A stretch of 64,000 bases of DNA from an uncultured bacterium (GTDB lineage Bacteria; Babelota; Babeliae; Babelales; JABCYS01). The position numbers and the translations under genes are program-made. Positions 39,396 to 49,003 of the stretch are shown here, one piece after another. The notes beneath the pieces are model-generated. The model worked only from the letters and a program-made list of their open reading frames with translations, ran no database searches and was not told the origin of the DNA. The stretch covers positions 192,001 to 256,000 of the forward strand of contig CAVPKK010000005.1 of assembly GCA_963705705.1 (NCBI GenBank), written 5' to 3'. Every line of letters begins with the position of its first letter. Positions within the stretch are counted from its first letter, which is position 1.

Positions 39396-40732
39396 GGTGC
39401 TTCCCATTGCTTTCCCCAGCCCAAATAGAGATAGTATAAGAATTTATCCCAATCACTTACGGATCGAACTTTGCCTAATAATTCGTGCACAATGTACAGA
39501 TTGCTTGGATATGCCACCGGAACTGTTGGCTGGTGAGCCGCCCATATTACATCCGATCGTGCTGAGCCGGTCGCAGGATCCTTTGAGAATTGCGCAATGC
39601 GCACGGTATTAATAGTGTTATGATTTGCAGAATCCACACTCACAAAGCCATCAGGTGCTCTAAACGTCGTTTCTTTTAACGATTCTAATACCGCATCCAT
39701 TTCGGTAGTTCCAGCACGCTTAACGGCTTCTGCCCACACATGCATGCCAAGATATGCAGAATCCATTGGATCGGTGATCACCTGATTTTTGCCATAGGCG
39801 TTTTTGATCTTTTGCACAAACTTTTTGTTAACAATACCCGGCAACGATTCGTAATAGTTCCAGCAGGTATAACTGCCGGCAACATTATTAATGCCAATCG
39901 CACGAGCTAATGAATCATCTACACTCAATGACATTACGGGAATCCTCTTCCCTGCATTTTGGTATTGCGTCGATGCATTTAATTCTTGGAAAAAATGGAT
40001 ATTGGTCGATCCGTTAAGTGTATTGAGAATGAAATCTGGTTTTGCGGCGATTATTTTTTGCACTAGAGATGCCGCATTCTCCATTCCTAAAGGTAGATAT
40101 TCTTCACCCACAATCTCTGCATCCAAATATGATGCAAACTCTTTTATAATCGCATTCGCAGCGCGAGGAAATATATAATCTGAACCAGCCAAGAAAATTC
40201 TTTTGCCAAATTTCTTCATGCACCAGAATGTTGCAGGCAGCGCCTGTTGGTTTGGTACAGATCCGGTCGAGACAACATTTGGCGATTTTTCGAGTCCTTC
40301 ATATTGCACTGAATAAAAAAGAAGACGCTTATGCTTTTCAAGAATTGGTGCAACCGTTTTTCTACTTGCCGACGTCCAACACCCGAATACTACATCTACC
40401 TTATTGTCTTCAACGAGCCGTTTTGCTTCGCGTGCGAAAACAAGCACATCGGATTTGCCATCAACTACGATAGGATCCAATGGCCGACCAAGTAACCCGC
40501 CGGCATAATTTATTTCTTGAATCGCTAAAAGGGTGGCATTGGCGACCGGTATTTCCGTAATCGCGGTTGAACCCGTTTGTGAATGGAGAATACCAATTTT
40601 TATTACTGGCTGTGGCGGCACGCGATAAAGGCTAATGGCGTTCCATAGTAGCGAAACGCCAGCCAACATAGCAACCGTTTTGTACCAATTTGAAAAAGAA
40701 ATTGCCGTCACTGTATTCCCCAACCTTTTCAT
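39392..40732 (-). CDS. UrtA/AmiC/FmdD-like urea or amide substrate-binding protein
   Basis: GILHSQTG..AI.E, GCWTSASRK, YEGLE, PNQQ, GSDYIFPR..N. Confidence 0.92.
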   Translation of the reverse strand: MKRLGNTVTAISFSNWYKTVAMLAGVSLLWNAISLYRVPPQPVIKIGILHSQTGSTAITEIPVANATLLAIQEINYAGGLLGRPLDPIVVDGKSDVLVFAREAKRLVEDNKVDVVFGCWTSASRKTVAPILEKHKRLLFYSVQYEGLEKSPNVVSTGSVPNQQALPATFWCMKKFGKRIFLAGSDYIFPRAANAIIKEFASYLDAEIVGEEYLPLGMENAASLVQKIIAAKPDFILNTLNGSTNIHFFQELNASTQYQNAGKRIPVMSLSVDDSLARAIGINNVAGSYTCWNYYESLPGIVNKKFVQKIKNAYGKNQVITDPMDSAYLGMHVWAEAVKRAGTTEMDAVLESLKETTFRAPDGFVSVDSANHNTINTVRIAQFSKDPATGSARSDVIWAAHQPTVPVAYPSNLYIVHELLGKVRSVSDWDKFLYYLYLGWGKQWEAP

Positions 40733-40869
40733 TTCCCTATTTCAACCTGTCGGTCACAGGTATCGAGGGATGTTTTTCTTACTGTATCGCTCAATTGTGC
40801 AATGATGCAAGAGCCAAGCTGAAACCAGCCACTTTCTCTTTTTCTGATACAGATTAAAGTTTACTCACT

Positions 40870-41538
40870 ATGACCAACAACATTATTTATGCATCATTAT
40901 TAATTCTTGTATGTATCCCCGCTCGACCATTTACTATCATGCTTGATCCGGCAGGTGATGCGAGAACTCCTGGCCGTACAATTAACCAACATGTGGAACG
41001 CGGTATCACCCTGCAAATCGCAGAAGCAATAAAAAGAGAAATTGAATATGAACAGGCCGAACGTGATTATCTGACAGTTCCTGTACGAACCGTTCTGACG
41101 CGGGCCCCGGGAGAGGCTATTGCCCCATTGCATAATGCCATGTTTGCAAACCGACTTGAGGCTGATTTGTATGTGAGCATTCACTGCTTTCATCTACCTT
41201 CATCGCAAAGCCCCTTGACCATTTACCATTACCTTACCAATCCCGTAACCGATCTATGGTCTACCCCAAAACAACTTGCGTTATATCCATATGACCAAGC
41301 CCACTTATACCAAGTGCATTCAAGTAAACAGAGTGCTGAAAAATTAAAGGGTTTTTTGGTCGCTTCAAAAATAGCCGACGTACGCGGCGTCTTTGGCTTT
41401 CCTTTTAAACCATTGGTTGGCATTAAGGTGCCGGCATTCGCTATCGAAATTGGTCTGCGAAATAAAGATGAATGGGAACGCTACGCCCAGGTGATTGCCC
41501 AAGGACTCATTCAATTGGTCCCATCGCTGAATTCGTAA
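40870..41538 (+). CDS. N-acetylmuramoyl-L-alanine amidase (Amidase_3)-like, first Zn ligand altered
   Basis: IMLDPAGD, E..ITL, LTR, AN...ADLYVSIH, PAFAIEIG. Confidence 0.8.
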   Translation: MTNNIIYASLLILVCIPARPFTIMLDPAGDARTPGRTINQHVERGITLQIAEAIKREIEYEQAERDYLTVPVRTVLTRAPGEAIAPLHNAMFANRLEADLYVSIHCFHLPSSQSPLTIYHYLTNPVTDLWSTPKQLALYPYDQAHLYQVHSSKQSAEKLKGFLVASKIADVRGVFGFPFKPLVGIKVPAFAIEIGLRNKDEWERYAQVIAQGLIQLVPSLNS

Positions 41539-41619
41539 CTATTCTAGATACTGCGAGAACTAAAGATCACTATGATCATTATTAGATTGTGCTCACCATC
41601 TTATCAATTTTGACAAGAC

Positions 41620-41656
41620 CGCGCTCATTCTGAGTTGATCGAAGAATCAGAGCGCG
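41620..41656 (+). repeat. Family A element with a compensatory stem change
   Basis: cgcgctcattctgagttgatcgaagaatcagagcgcg (attc/gaat in place of atcc/ggat). Confidence 0.9.
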
Positions 41657-41720
41657 ACAAAGATTTAGTAATCATCATCAAAATAAATTATTCCTCAGGA
41701 AATCGCGCTTCAATCGCAAA

Positions 41721-41817
41721 CAATTCCCATCGCCAAAAGGTTTATTGCATTTTGTTTTGGGAATTGTTATTACTCAGATTGTTGAAAGCTTCAAAACTCA
41801 TCTTAAAGGAGAGCGTT
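41721..41817 (+). promoter_or_regulatory. Conserved promoter/leader of beta-helix cassette 1
   Basis: TTGCAT-N17-TATTAC preceded by TG, then AAGGAG; near-identical to 43731-43825. Confidence 0.65.
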
Positions 41818-43647
41818 ATGAACAACGCACGTCATTCAGTCACTCAGTCACTTCTGACTAAAATAAAGGCCGTTAGTTTAGGCATTTTCGCTGCCGCTTC
41901 ATTGTCAGCATCAACTCCCTGTTGCCCTGATACATCAGTACGTTGCCCAAAAGTAGAAATTGAGTTGTGCCCTGTTCAGTTCGCTATAAAAGAAGAGATT
42001 GTTCGAGCCGCGGCCGGCCTCGGTTGTGGTAAAATCATTACGCAATGTGATCTGCCGTTAGAGATTACCTGTCCAGGTAAATATTCAGTGGCACAAGATC
42101 TTAATTTTTTCCCTCAATTCCCGTTTCAAAGCGCAATCACCATAAACTCAAGTGATGTTACACTTGATTTCAATGGTCATACATTAATCCAAGCAGATCC
42201 GACAGTGCCAGATTGCAGTGGTGTAATGATCGGAGTGCAAGGTGGGGTTTATAGTAATATTAAGGTAATGAACGGCACCATTTCAAATATATCTGACTGG
42301 GGAATTATAAGTTTTGAAGCGGCTCTTCACGAAATACTGATCGATTCAATGAATACCTTTTCATGCGGATATAATAATACTACTGGCTTTGGAGGCGGTG
42401 TTCAATTGGCTGCGGTTGGGGCAACTCCACGGATGGTCGATATTGTTATTAGAAACTGTAATTTCAATGACAGTTTCTCAACTCAAACAACCGCACAGTT
42501 ATTAGATGGTCTTCTTATTCAGCAAGCCGACCAAGTTCTGATTCAAAATAGCAATTTTAATAATACGTCTGGCAATCCCGCTACGCTGTCAGCCTTAACG
42601 TTCAATGGAGTTAACGGTGGCAGAATTGAAAACTGCAATTTCAACGGAACTACAGGATTGTCCACCCATGTCCATCTCAATAATCCAGTGGCTTTCAATG
42701 GATGTAATGATATTACAGTATTAAACAGTCAAATTCTTGATACCGTCTTATTAGCCAGCGGTAGTGGCTCAAGCATACGTGGGTTGTTTATATCAGGCGG
42801 CCAGGATCTTGTGTTTGAGGATTGTATTATTGCTAATCTTTCAGCATTCGGGTCAGGGCCAGTTGGTAGTCTGATTTCTTTCGTTGCCTTAGGTAGTCCC
42901 AATATTGTTGTAAAGAGATGCATAGCTCAGAATATATTTAGTGGTGCCACTACATCGGTTTTCAATTCTATTGGCTTCGCAGTCGAGGGCGTTAACAATA
43001 GTAGCTTTGAAGATTGTGTCGCCCAAGGTATTACTGGCTCGGGCGGTGAAGATTATGTGGCTGGCTTTAATATCATCGCAGCCCACCAAGCAGTATTTAA
43101 AAATTGCATTGCTCAGGGCATAGTTGACGCTAGTGTTAACTCCCCAGGCTTAGGGGACAGTCTTGCCGCTGGATTCTTAGTTTACGATTTTAGTACGAAT
43201 TTGATTTTTGATGGCTGTATTGCACAAAACGTCAGCTTTCCAGCATCCTTTGGAAACTTGGCCTTTGGTTTTGAGTTGGGCCTTTTTGCTCCTACTATTG
43301 GTCTTGAGATATCTAATTGCGTCGCCCAGGCATGTGGTACGGGAATCAGACTAGACAATAGTTTTGGTGGCAGGGTTTCGAACAGTGCGATCACAAATAA
43401 CCTCGCAATAAATAATACTGTTTTCGGCTTCAATGATTTATCTACCGCTGGAAATAATGTATTGTCTGGCAATTTTGCATATAACCCGGGCTCTACAAGC
43501 AACTACCATGGTAATGATGCCGGTGAATTTGGTCTGCATCTTGGCACACCAATTAGAACCTGGTCATTTACTACTGGTCAACAACCAGATCCAACAACTG
43601 ATGCCGGCAATCCAGTATCTGATCTAGACAACATCAACGTCGTATAA
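41818..43647 (+). CDS. Secreted beta-helix protein, cassette 1
   Basis: RBS-supported start MNNARH; Cys-rich N-terminus, ITCPGKY, NC/DC repeats, GTPIRTW..SDLDNINVV. Confidence 0.88.
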   Translation: MNNARHSVTQSLLTKIKAVSLGIFAAASLSASTPCCPDTSVRCPKVEIELCPVQFAIKEEIVRAAAGLGCGKIITQCDLPLEITCPGKYSVAQDLNFFPQFPFQSAITINSSDVTLDFNGHTLIQADPTVPDCSGVMIGVQGGVYSNIKVMNGTISNISDWGIISFEAALHEILIDSMNTFSCGYNNTTGFGGGVQLAAVGATPRMVDIVIRNCNFNDSFSTQTTAQLLDGLLIQQADQVLIQNSNFNNTSGNPATLSALTFNGVNGGRIENCNFNGTTGLSTHVHLNNPVAFNGCNDITVLNSQILDTVLLASGSGSSIRGLFISGGQDLVFEDCIIANLSAFGSGPVGSLISFVALGSPNIVVKRCIAQNIFSGATTSVFNSIGFAVEGVNNSSFEDCVAQGITGSGGEDYVAGFNIIAAHQAVFKNCIAQGIVDASVNSPGLGDSLAAGFLVYDFSTNLIFDGCIAQNVSFPASFGNLAFGFELGLFAPTIGLEISNCVAQACGTGIRLDNSFGGRVSNSAITNNLAINNTVFGFNDLSTAGNNVLSGNFAYNPGSTSNYHGNDAGEFGLHLGTPIRTWSFTTGQQPDPTTDAGNPVSDLDNINVV

Positions 43648-43674
43648 AATAATTTAGGTTATTTTTTAGCAGAG

Positions 43675-43708
43675 CAGGCTTGGTCTAAACAACCAGGCCT
43701 GTCTTTTT
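43675..43708 (+). terminator. Terminator of cassette 1
   Basis: caggcttggt...accaggcctg followed by a T run. Confidence 0.75.
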
Positions 43709-43730
43709 GAGAAACGCCATCCAATCACAA

Positions 43731-43825
43731 TCAATTCCAGGACCAAAAGTTTCATTGCATTTTGTTTTGGGAATTGCTATTACTCAGATTGTTATCGTTT
43801 AAAATTCATCTTAAAGGAGAGCATT
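43731..43825 (+). promoter_or_regulatory. Conserved promoter/leader of beta-helix cassette 2
   Basis: Near-duplicate of 41721-41817. Confidence 0.65.
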
Positions 43826-45676
43826 ATGAACAACACATATCACTCATTCACGTGGTCACTTCTGACTAAAATAAAAATCGTTAGTTTAGGCATTTTCGCT
43901 GCAGCATCACTATCAGCGGCAGTGACATGTTGCCCGCCAACAGCTTGTGCAACGGTCGATATCGAGCTTTGCCCAGCTCGCTTTTGTATAACAGAAGAAA
44001 TTGTTCGTGCTGCAGCCGGTCTTGGTTGCGGTCGCATTATTACCCAATGTGATTTGCCGTTAGTGATTACTTGCCCGGGCAAATATTCAGTGGCACAAGA
44101 TTTAAATTGGGCGCCATCAATGGCAGGCCAAGCTGGGATTACCGTTGCCATTAGTGATGTAGTTATTGAATTCAATGGTCGGACCTATAAACAAACTGAT
44201 TCAACACAAGCAAATTGTATCGGTGTGCTTATCAATCCAAATCTAATTAATGTTCAATTGCTCAACGGCACGCTTGAAAACTTCTCATTATGGGGCATCA
44301 AGGGTCTAGGCGGCGATAGAGAACTACTTTTTGATCACATTAATACCTATTCGTGTGGCTATAATGGCAGCGACAGCGTTAACGGAACATCAGGATCGGG
44401 TGGTATGGAGCTTCTAGATTTTGGTTCATTCTCTACAAAGATTTTAGGTAACCCATTTCCATTAAATCCAATTTTTGATGTAGTCATCAGGAATTGCAAC
44501 TTTAATGATCATTATTCAAATAACTCAGCGAGTAACTATTTCGGTCTTAAGCCAGCTGCCTTTTTTGGAGTCAACCAGCTTTTGATTCAAAACTGTAATT
44601 TCAATAATAATGCGCAATTGAATAGTGGATCTGCTAGTGGCTTTATGGCAACAGTAGATGTAGAGGCATGCCAGGGCATACGAGTTGAAAACTGCAATAT
44701 TAATCAAAATAGTGTATTTAACGGTGTTGGCCTTATCAATGTATATTTTAATGTTGTTTCAGATATAGAAGTTAGAAATTGTATTGCTAATGATATTGCG
44801 TTCCATGGTCCTTCCAATAATGGTTTTGTTGGCTACGGAGTTGATCATGGTTCTAAAGATGTGCTTTTCGAAAATTGCCTGGCCCAGAATTTTATAGCGT
44901 CTGGAGCAAGCAGCGGGATGGATCTATTCTTTATCTTAGGTGATAGCCCCCAAAGCCCTGACAGCAATGTTGTTCTGAGGGGATGCATAGCTCAGAATGC
45001 GTCCGTTGCAGACGGTGGCACATCATCCCCCCGAGGTTTCCAGATGCAATCATTAAGCAATTGCACACTTGAAGACTGTGTTGCTCAAAATATCACTGGT
45101 TCTGGTGGTCAGGTATATGGTTTTAGACCTATATCAAATCATCAAATAATATTTAAAAATTGTTTGGCGCAGGGTATTATTAATAATACTTTCGCGTCGA
45201 ATACCAAAGCTGGCGGATTCGCTGCTACTTTTGGGGGGCTTACAGAAGCTAATGTGATTTTTGATGGTTGTGTTGCACAGGATGTATCTTATACATTCTC
45301 TCAATTTTTGGCTTTTGGTTTTGAAGTACAAGCTGACGCAGCTTTTGAAATATCTAATTGCATTAGCCAAGGAAACGGCATCGGAATTCAGCTTGATACC
45401 GGAGCTAATAAAGGTATTGTAAAAAATAGTTTCGCAATAAATAATACCATTTGGGGAGTTAATGATCAGGCTACCGGTGGAAATAACGTCTTATATGGCA
45501 ACTATGCATATAATCCGGGCTCTTTAAGAAACTACAATGGTAATGATGCTGGTGAATTTGGGCTGCATCGCGGCACGCCAATTAGAACCTGGTCGTTTAT
45601 CGCTGGTCAACAACCAGATGCAACGACCGATGCTGGCAATTCAGTATCTGATCTAGACAATATTAACGTTGTGTAA
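43826..45676 (+). CDS. Secreted beta-helix protein, cassette 2
   Basis: Same architecture as cassette 1, with nearly identical N- and C-termini. Confidence 0.88.
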   Translation: MNNTYHSFTWSLLTKIKIVSLGIFAAASLSAAVTCCPPTACATVDIELCPARFCITEEIVRAAAGLGCGRIITQCDLPLVITCPGKYSVAQDLNWAPSMAGQAGITVAISDVVIEFNGRTYKQTDSTQANCIGVLINPNLINVQLLNGTLENFSLWGIKGLGGDRELLFDHINTYSCGYNGSDSVNGTSGSGGMELLDFGSFSTKILGNPFPLNPIFDVVIRNCNFNDHYSNNSASNYFGLKPAAFFGVNQLLIQNCNFNNNAQLNSGSASGFMATVDVEACQGIRVENCNINQNSVFNGVGLINVYFNVVSDIEVRNCIANDIAFHGPSNNGFVGYGVDHGSKDVLFENCLAQNFIASGASSGMDLFFILGDSPQSPDSNVVLRGCIAQNASVADGGTSSPRGFQMQSLSNCTLEDCVAQNITGSGGQVYGFRPISNHQIIFKNCLAQGIINNTFASNTKAGGFAATFGGLTEANVIFDGCVAQDVSYTFSQFLAFGFEVQADAAFEISNCISQGNGIGIQLDTGANKGIVKNSFAINNTIWGVNDQATGGNNVLYGNYAYNPGSLRNYNGNDAGEFGLHRGTPIRTWSFIAGQQPDATTDAGNSVSDLDNINVV

Positions 45677-45709
45677 GTCTAAAACACATCATTAACTATT
45701 TAATAGAAT

Positions 45710-45748
45710 CCCTGGCTTAGATTTAAAACTCTGAGCCAGGGTTTTTTT
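45710..45748 (+). terminator. Terminator of cassette 2
   Basis: ccctggcttaga...tctgagccaggg followed by T7. Confidence 0.85.
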
Positions 45749-45961
45749 GTATGCATAAAATGAATCCTATTAGCTCTCTTGCACAAAAAGCTTGTCACGT
45801 TAATCAATTCTCAATATTTGAATCATTATCTTGCGATTCATTCCTAGGAATTGCTATTACTAAATCAAAATTGTTTCAATCAATCTAAAAAAACTAAAAC
45901 GAACAAGCTGGCCATGGTCAGCCGTCTTATCTATCATTAACCTCTAAAAAGGAGTTTTCTA

Positions 45962-48244
45962 ATGACGTCGTTTAAACAAACACTACTAGCCACTCTGTGC
46001 GTTGGTGCGTTGTTCGCATCACAATATGTGACCGCAATGGATATGAGCACGGAAATAGCTACACGAAGTTGTCTGCGTCCTAAAATGAATTGTTGTGCAG
46101 AAATTGAAGCTGATTTTAACGGCACGTTCTCAGTGCTTGAATCAATCGAGATCAAACTCGATGAGTTAACTGAATGCAGAACGGTAAAAATTACACAAGA
46201 AGACCTAGACCTCGCGGGAGGAACCTACAATATTACAACGCCTGGAGTATATAGGCTGTGTTCAGATCTTAACTGGTTCCCTCAATTCGCATTTCAGAGC
46301 GCAATCGTCATCAACTCAAGTGACGTCACTCTTGATTTTGATAATTATGTGTTGCGCCAAGCAGATCCGACAGTGGCAGCCTGCACTGGTGTTCAGATTG
46401 GAGTTTCTGGTGGGAACTATATCAATATAAAATTAGTAAACGGGACTATTGAAAATATATCTAACTGGGGAATTGACAGTTTTCAGGCTGCTATTCATGA
46501 GTTAGTGATTGATTCAATCAATACATATTCATGCGGATATAATAATTTTGGCTTTGCCGGCGGCATGCAGCTTGATGCGCTTCCAACTTCACCTATCGTC
46601 GATGTTATTATTAGAAACTGTAATTTCAATGATACTGTATCAACTCAAACAACCACACAGCAGTTATCTGGTTGCATTATACAGAATGCTAAGCAAGTTC
46701 TGATACAAAATTGTAATTGTAACAATACCGCCGGCAGAGCTCCTTCCGGTCAGGTTGCTGCCTTAGTTTTCAACGCAGTTACAGGCGGATTAATTGATAA
46801 TTGCAACTTTAATGGCACCACAGCATTGTCTAGTAATGTTTTTGCCAAGCCGGTGCTTATCAATGGATGTCATGAAATTTCTGTATTAAACAGTCAAATT
46901 CTTGACACCGTTTCATCAATCGGTGGTTTCAATATAACAACGGCATTAGGTATTAATGGCGGTCAAGATTTTGTGGTAGACGGATGTGTCGTACAAAATT
47001 ACAGTGCGACTGGGGCTGCTGGAGTATTCATATTCGAGCTTGACGCCAGTAATGTCACAGTAAAGAATTGCATTGCACAGAATGTGAGTGCCCCGCTCGG
47101 GTTTGTCGAGGGCTATGGAGCTACTGGCAATGACATGGTATTTGAAAATTGTGTAGCTGAACATTTTACTTCCTTGTTCGGATCATTTGGCTTTAATCCG
47201 GAGATTTGTAATCAGATATTGATTAAAAATTGTCAGGCTATGGATATACAATCTACCGCACATTCTGCTAGTGCAGGATTTCAGACTGCCGGGTTTGTAG
47301 TAACAGATTCTGGTACTGGATCGCCAAGTCTACTTAATAAAAACATTGTGTTTCAGGATTGCGTTGCGCAAAATATAACTGCCCCAAATCTTTCTCCGGT
47401 TAATCCGCTCTTTGGCGTAGGATTTTATGCTGATGCAACCAAGGGAGTAGAAATAACTAATTGCATTAGCCAAGCGAATGCATACGGTTATGTACTAGAT
47501 AAAGAGTCTCCTGATAACCTTCCGGCAAGTTTCAGCACTATCCGAAATAACGTTGCAATAAATAATACCGTCGCCGGATTTGTGGATGATACAGTCGTTG
47601 GAACTCTTGGAACGAATGTCTTCTCCGATAATTATGCATACAATCCAGGTGCGGCCAACTATATGGGTAGCGGCGTCGGCACCGTACATGGTATGGCTGC
47701 AGGCACTCCAATCAGAACGTGGAATTATAGTACCGGCAAACAGCCCAATACAGTAACTGATGTTGCTGATTTCACCGGTTCAATCGCCGGCTCACCAGTA
47801 TTTAGCAGTGCTGATATTATTTTCACAGGTTCCATTGATGGAAATACTTTGTATGTAACCCACGTGGTTTCAGGTTTACTGGCTATTGGAGAAACCATCA
47901 CAGGTGCGGGGGTAACTGCCAATACAAATATTACTGCATTTGGTACTGGTTCCGGACTTATTGGTTCCTATATGGTTAATAACACACAAGTAGTGCCTTT
48001 GGAGGCAATGCAGGCATCACCAACGTTGAATGTAACTGCTGTAGCTTCTGGAGCTCTTGCGCCAGGGCTTGTATTAATCGGTGCGGGAGTAACAGAAGGC
48101 ACATCGATCACTAGCTTCGTGCCAGGGTCGGGTACTTCTGGCGGTATTGGAAACTATCTAGTGAATTATTCACAGGCGATCGCAAGCGAGACAATGGTTG
48201 CCGGTAATGAAGCATCAGAGGGTGATAACTGGAATGTGTTGTAA
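45962..48244 (+). CDS. Secreted beta-helix protein, cassette 3, with a C-terminal inserted Gly/Thr-rich beta module
   Basis: Signal peptide, ITTPGVY, NC repeats, GTPIRTW, and a 146-aa insertion before AGN..S..DNWNVL. Confidence 0.88.
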   Translation: MTSFKQTLLATLCVGALFASQYVTAMDMSTEIATRSCLRPKMNCCAEIEADFNGTFSVLESIEIKLDELTECRTVKITQEDLDLAGGTYNITTPGVYRLCSDLNWFPQFAFQSAIVINSSDVTLDFDNYVLRQADPTVAACTGVQIGVSGGNYINIKLVNGTIENISNWGIDSFQAAIHELVIDSINTYSCGYNNFGFAGGMQLDALPTSPIVDVIIRNCNFNDTVSTQTTTQQLSGCIIQNAKQVLIQNCNCNNTAGRAPSGQVAALVFNAVTGGLIDNCNFNGTTALSSNVFAKPVLINGCHEISVLNSQILDTVSSIGGFNITTALGINGGQDFVVDGCVVQNYSATGAAGVFIFELDASNVTVKNCIAQNVSAPLGFVEGYGATGNDMVFENCVAEHFTSLFGSFGFNPEICNQILIKNCQAMDIQSTAHSASAGFQTAGFVVTDSGTGSPSLLNKNIVFQDCVAQNITAPNLSPVNPLFGVGFYADATKGVEITNCISQANAYGYVLDKESPDNLPASFSTIRNNVAINNTVAGFVDDTVVGTLGTNVFSDNYAYNPGAANYMGSGVGTVHGMAAGTPIRTWNYSTGKQPNTVTDVADFTGSIAGSPVFSSADIIFTGSIDGNTLYVTHVVSGLLAIGETITGAGVTANTNITAFGTGSGLIGSYMVNNTQVVPLEAMQASPTLNVTAVASGALAPGLVLIGAGVTEGTSITSFVPGSGTSGGIGNYLVNYSQAIASETMVAGNEASEGDNWNVL

Positions 48245-48279
48245 TATAGGCATGATTTTCTGACTATTTAAAATAAAAT

Positions 48280-48314
48280 CCTGGCTTGGACTAAAACTCT
48301 GAGCCAGGGTTTTT
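48280..48314 (+). terminator. Terminator of cassette 3 (homologous to that of cassette 2)
   Basis: cctggcttgga-ctaaaac-tctgagccagg followed by a T run. Confidence 0.8.
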
Positions 48315-48431
48315 CTTTGCAGGCGCGTTAATCGCAGGCTATTTTGCAACAACCAATGCTGTGTTATAGTGATCGTGATTTGACTGCTTTTTAACTTAAT
48401 ATGACTATTTCGAAAATCACAAATCAACAAC

Positions 48432-48998
48432 ATGAATCATAAAATAATAACTATCTGCCTTTTCGGCCTATTTGCGGGCTTCTTATTCCTGGCGCATCAA
48501 CAGGAATGGCTCATTATCAATTTGCCAGCTCGGCCAAGCGAACAGCAAACAAGCCCAATAGAAAAACGCACTGTCAAACTTTATTTCTGGGCTCAGGAAA
48601 AATGGAAGCACGAGGCAATAGAAATTTTGTGGTCTGAAGATAAAGCAAAATCCGCCGAATATTTAGTTAATGCCTGGCTTACGTGGCTTGACGAGGAAGA
48701 TCATGAACATAAACCAATTACGGCTAAAGATGATCGAGTAGGACATGGTCAAAAAGTTTCCTTGCAGACAGCCCTCTTATCTCCTTCTGGTCAGGAATTA
48801 TTACTCTCATTTGACCGCCTCCCTTTTACTAATGAACAGTCAGCTTATGAAAAATGGCATTGGGTAGAAAGCCTACTAAAAACTATCCGAGATAATGGCA
48901 TTAAGGTTCAGCAGGTGCGCTTATTGGTGCACCATCAGCCGATCGAGGATTATCATCTAGAGTTTGGCCGAGCTTGGCCTTTAATAGGTTTTAAGTAA
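48432..48998 (+). CDS. Membrane-anchored protein, possibly GerMN-like
   Basis: N-terminal TM; V.LYF, E..ESL..T and V.LLV....HL patterns reminiscent of GerMN. Confidence 0.55.
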   Translation: MNHKIITICLFGLFAGFLFLAHQQEWLIINLPARPSEQQTSPIEKRTVKLYFWAQEKWKHEAIEILWSEDKAKSAEYLVNAWLTWLDEEDHEHKPITAKDDRVGHGQKVSLQTALLSPSGQELLLSFDRLPFTNEQSAYEKWHWVESLLKTIRDNGIKVQQVRLLVHHQPIEDYHLEFGRAWPLIGFK

Positions 48999-49003
48999 AG
49001 CAT

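Noticed and set aside
39392..40732. Urea ABC transporter operon (urtABCDE)
   Set aside because: Only the binding protein is present; downstream genes are a channel fusion and a Cache protein.
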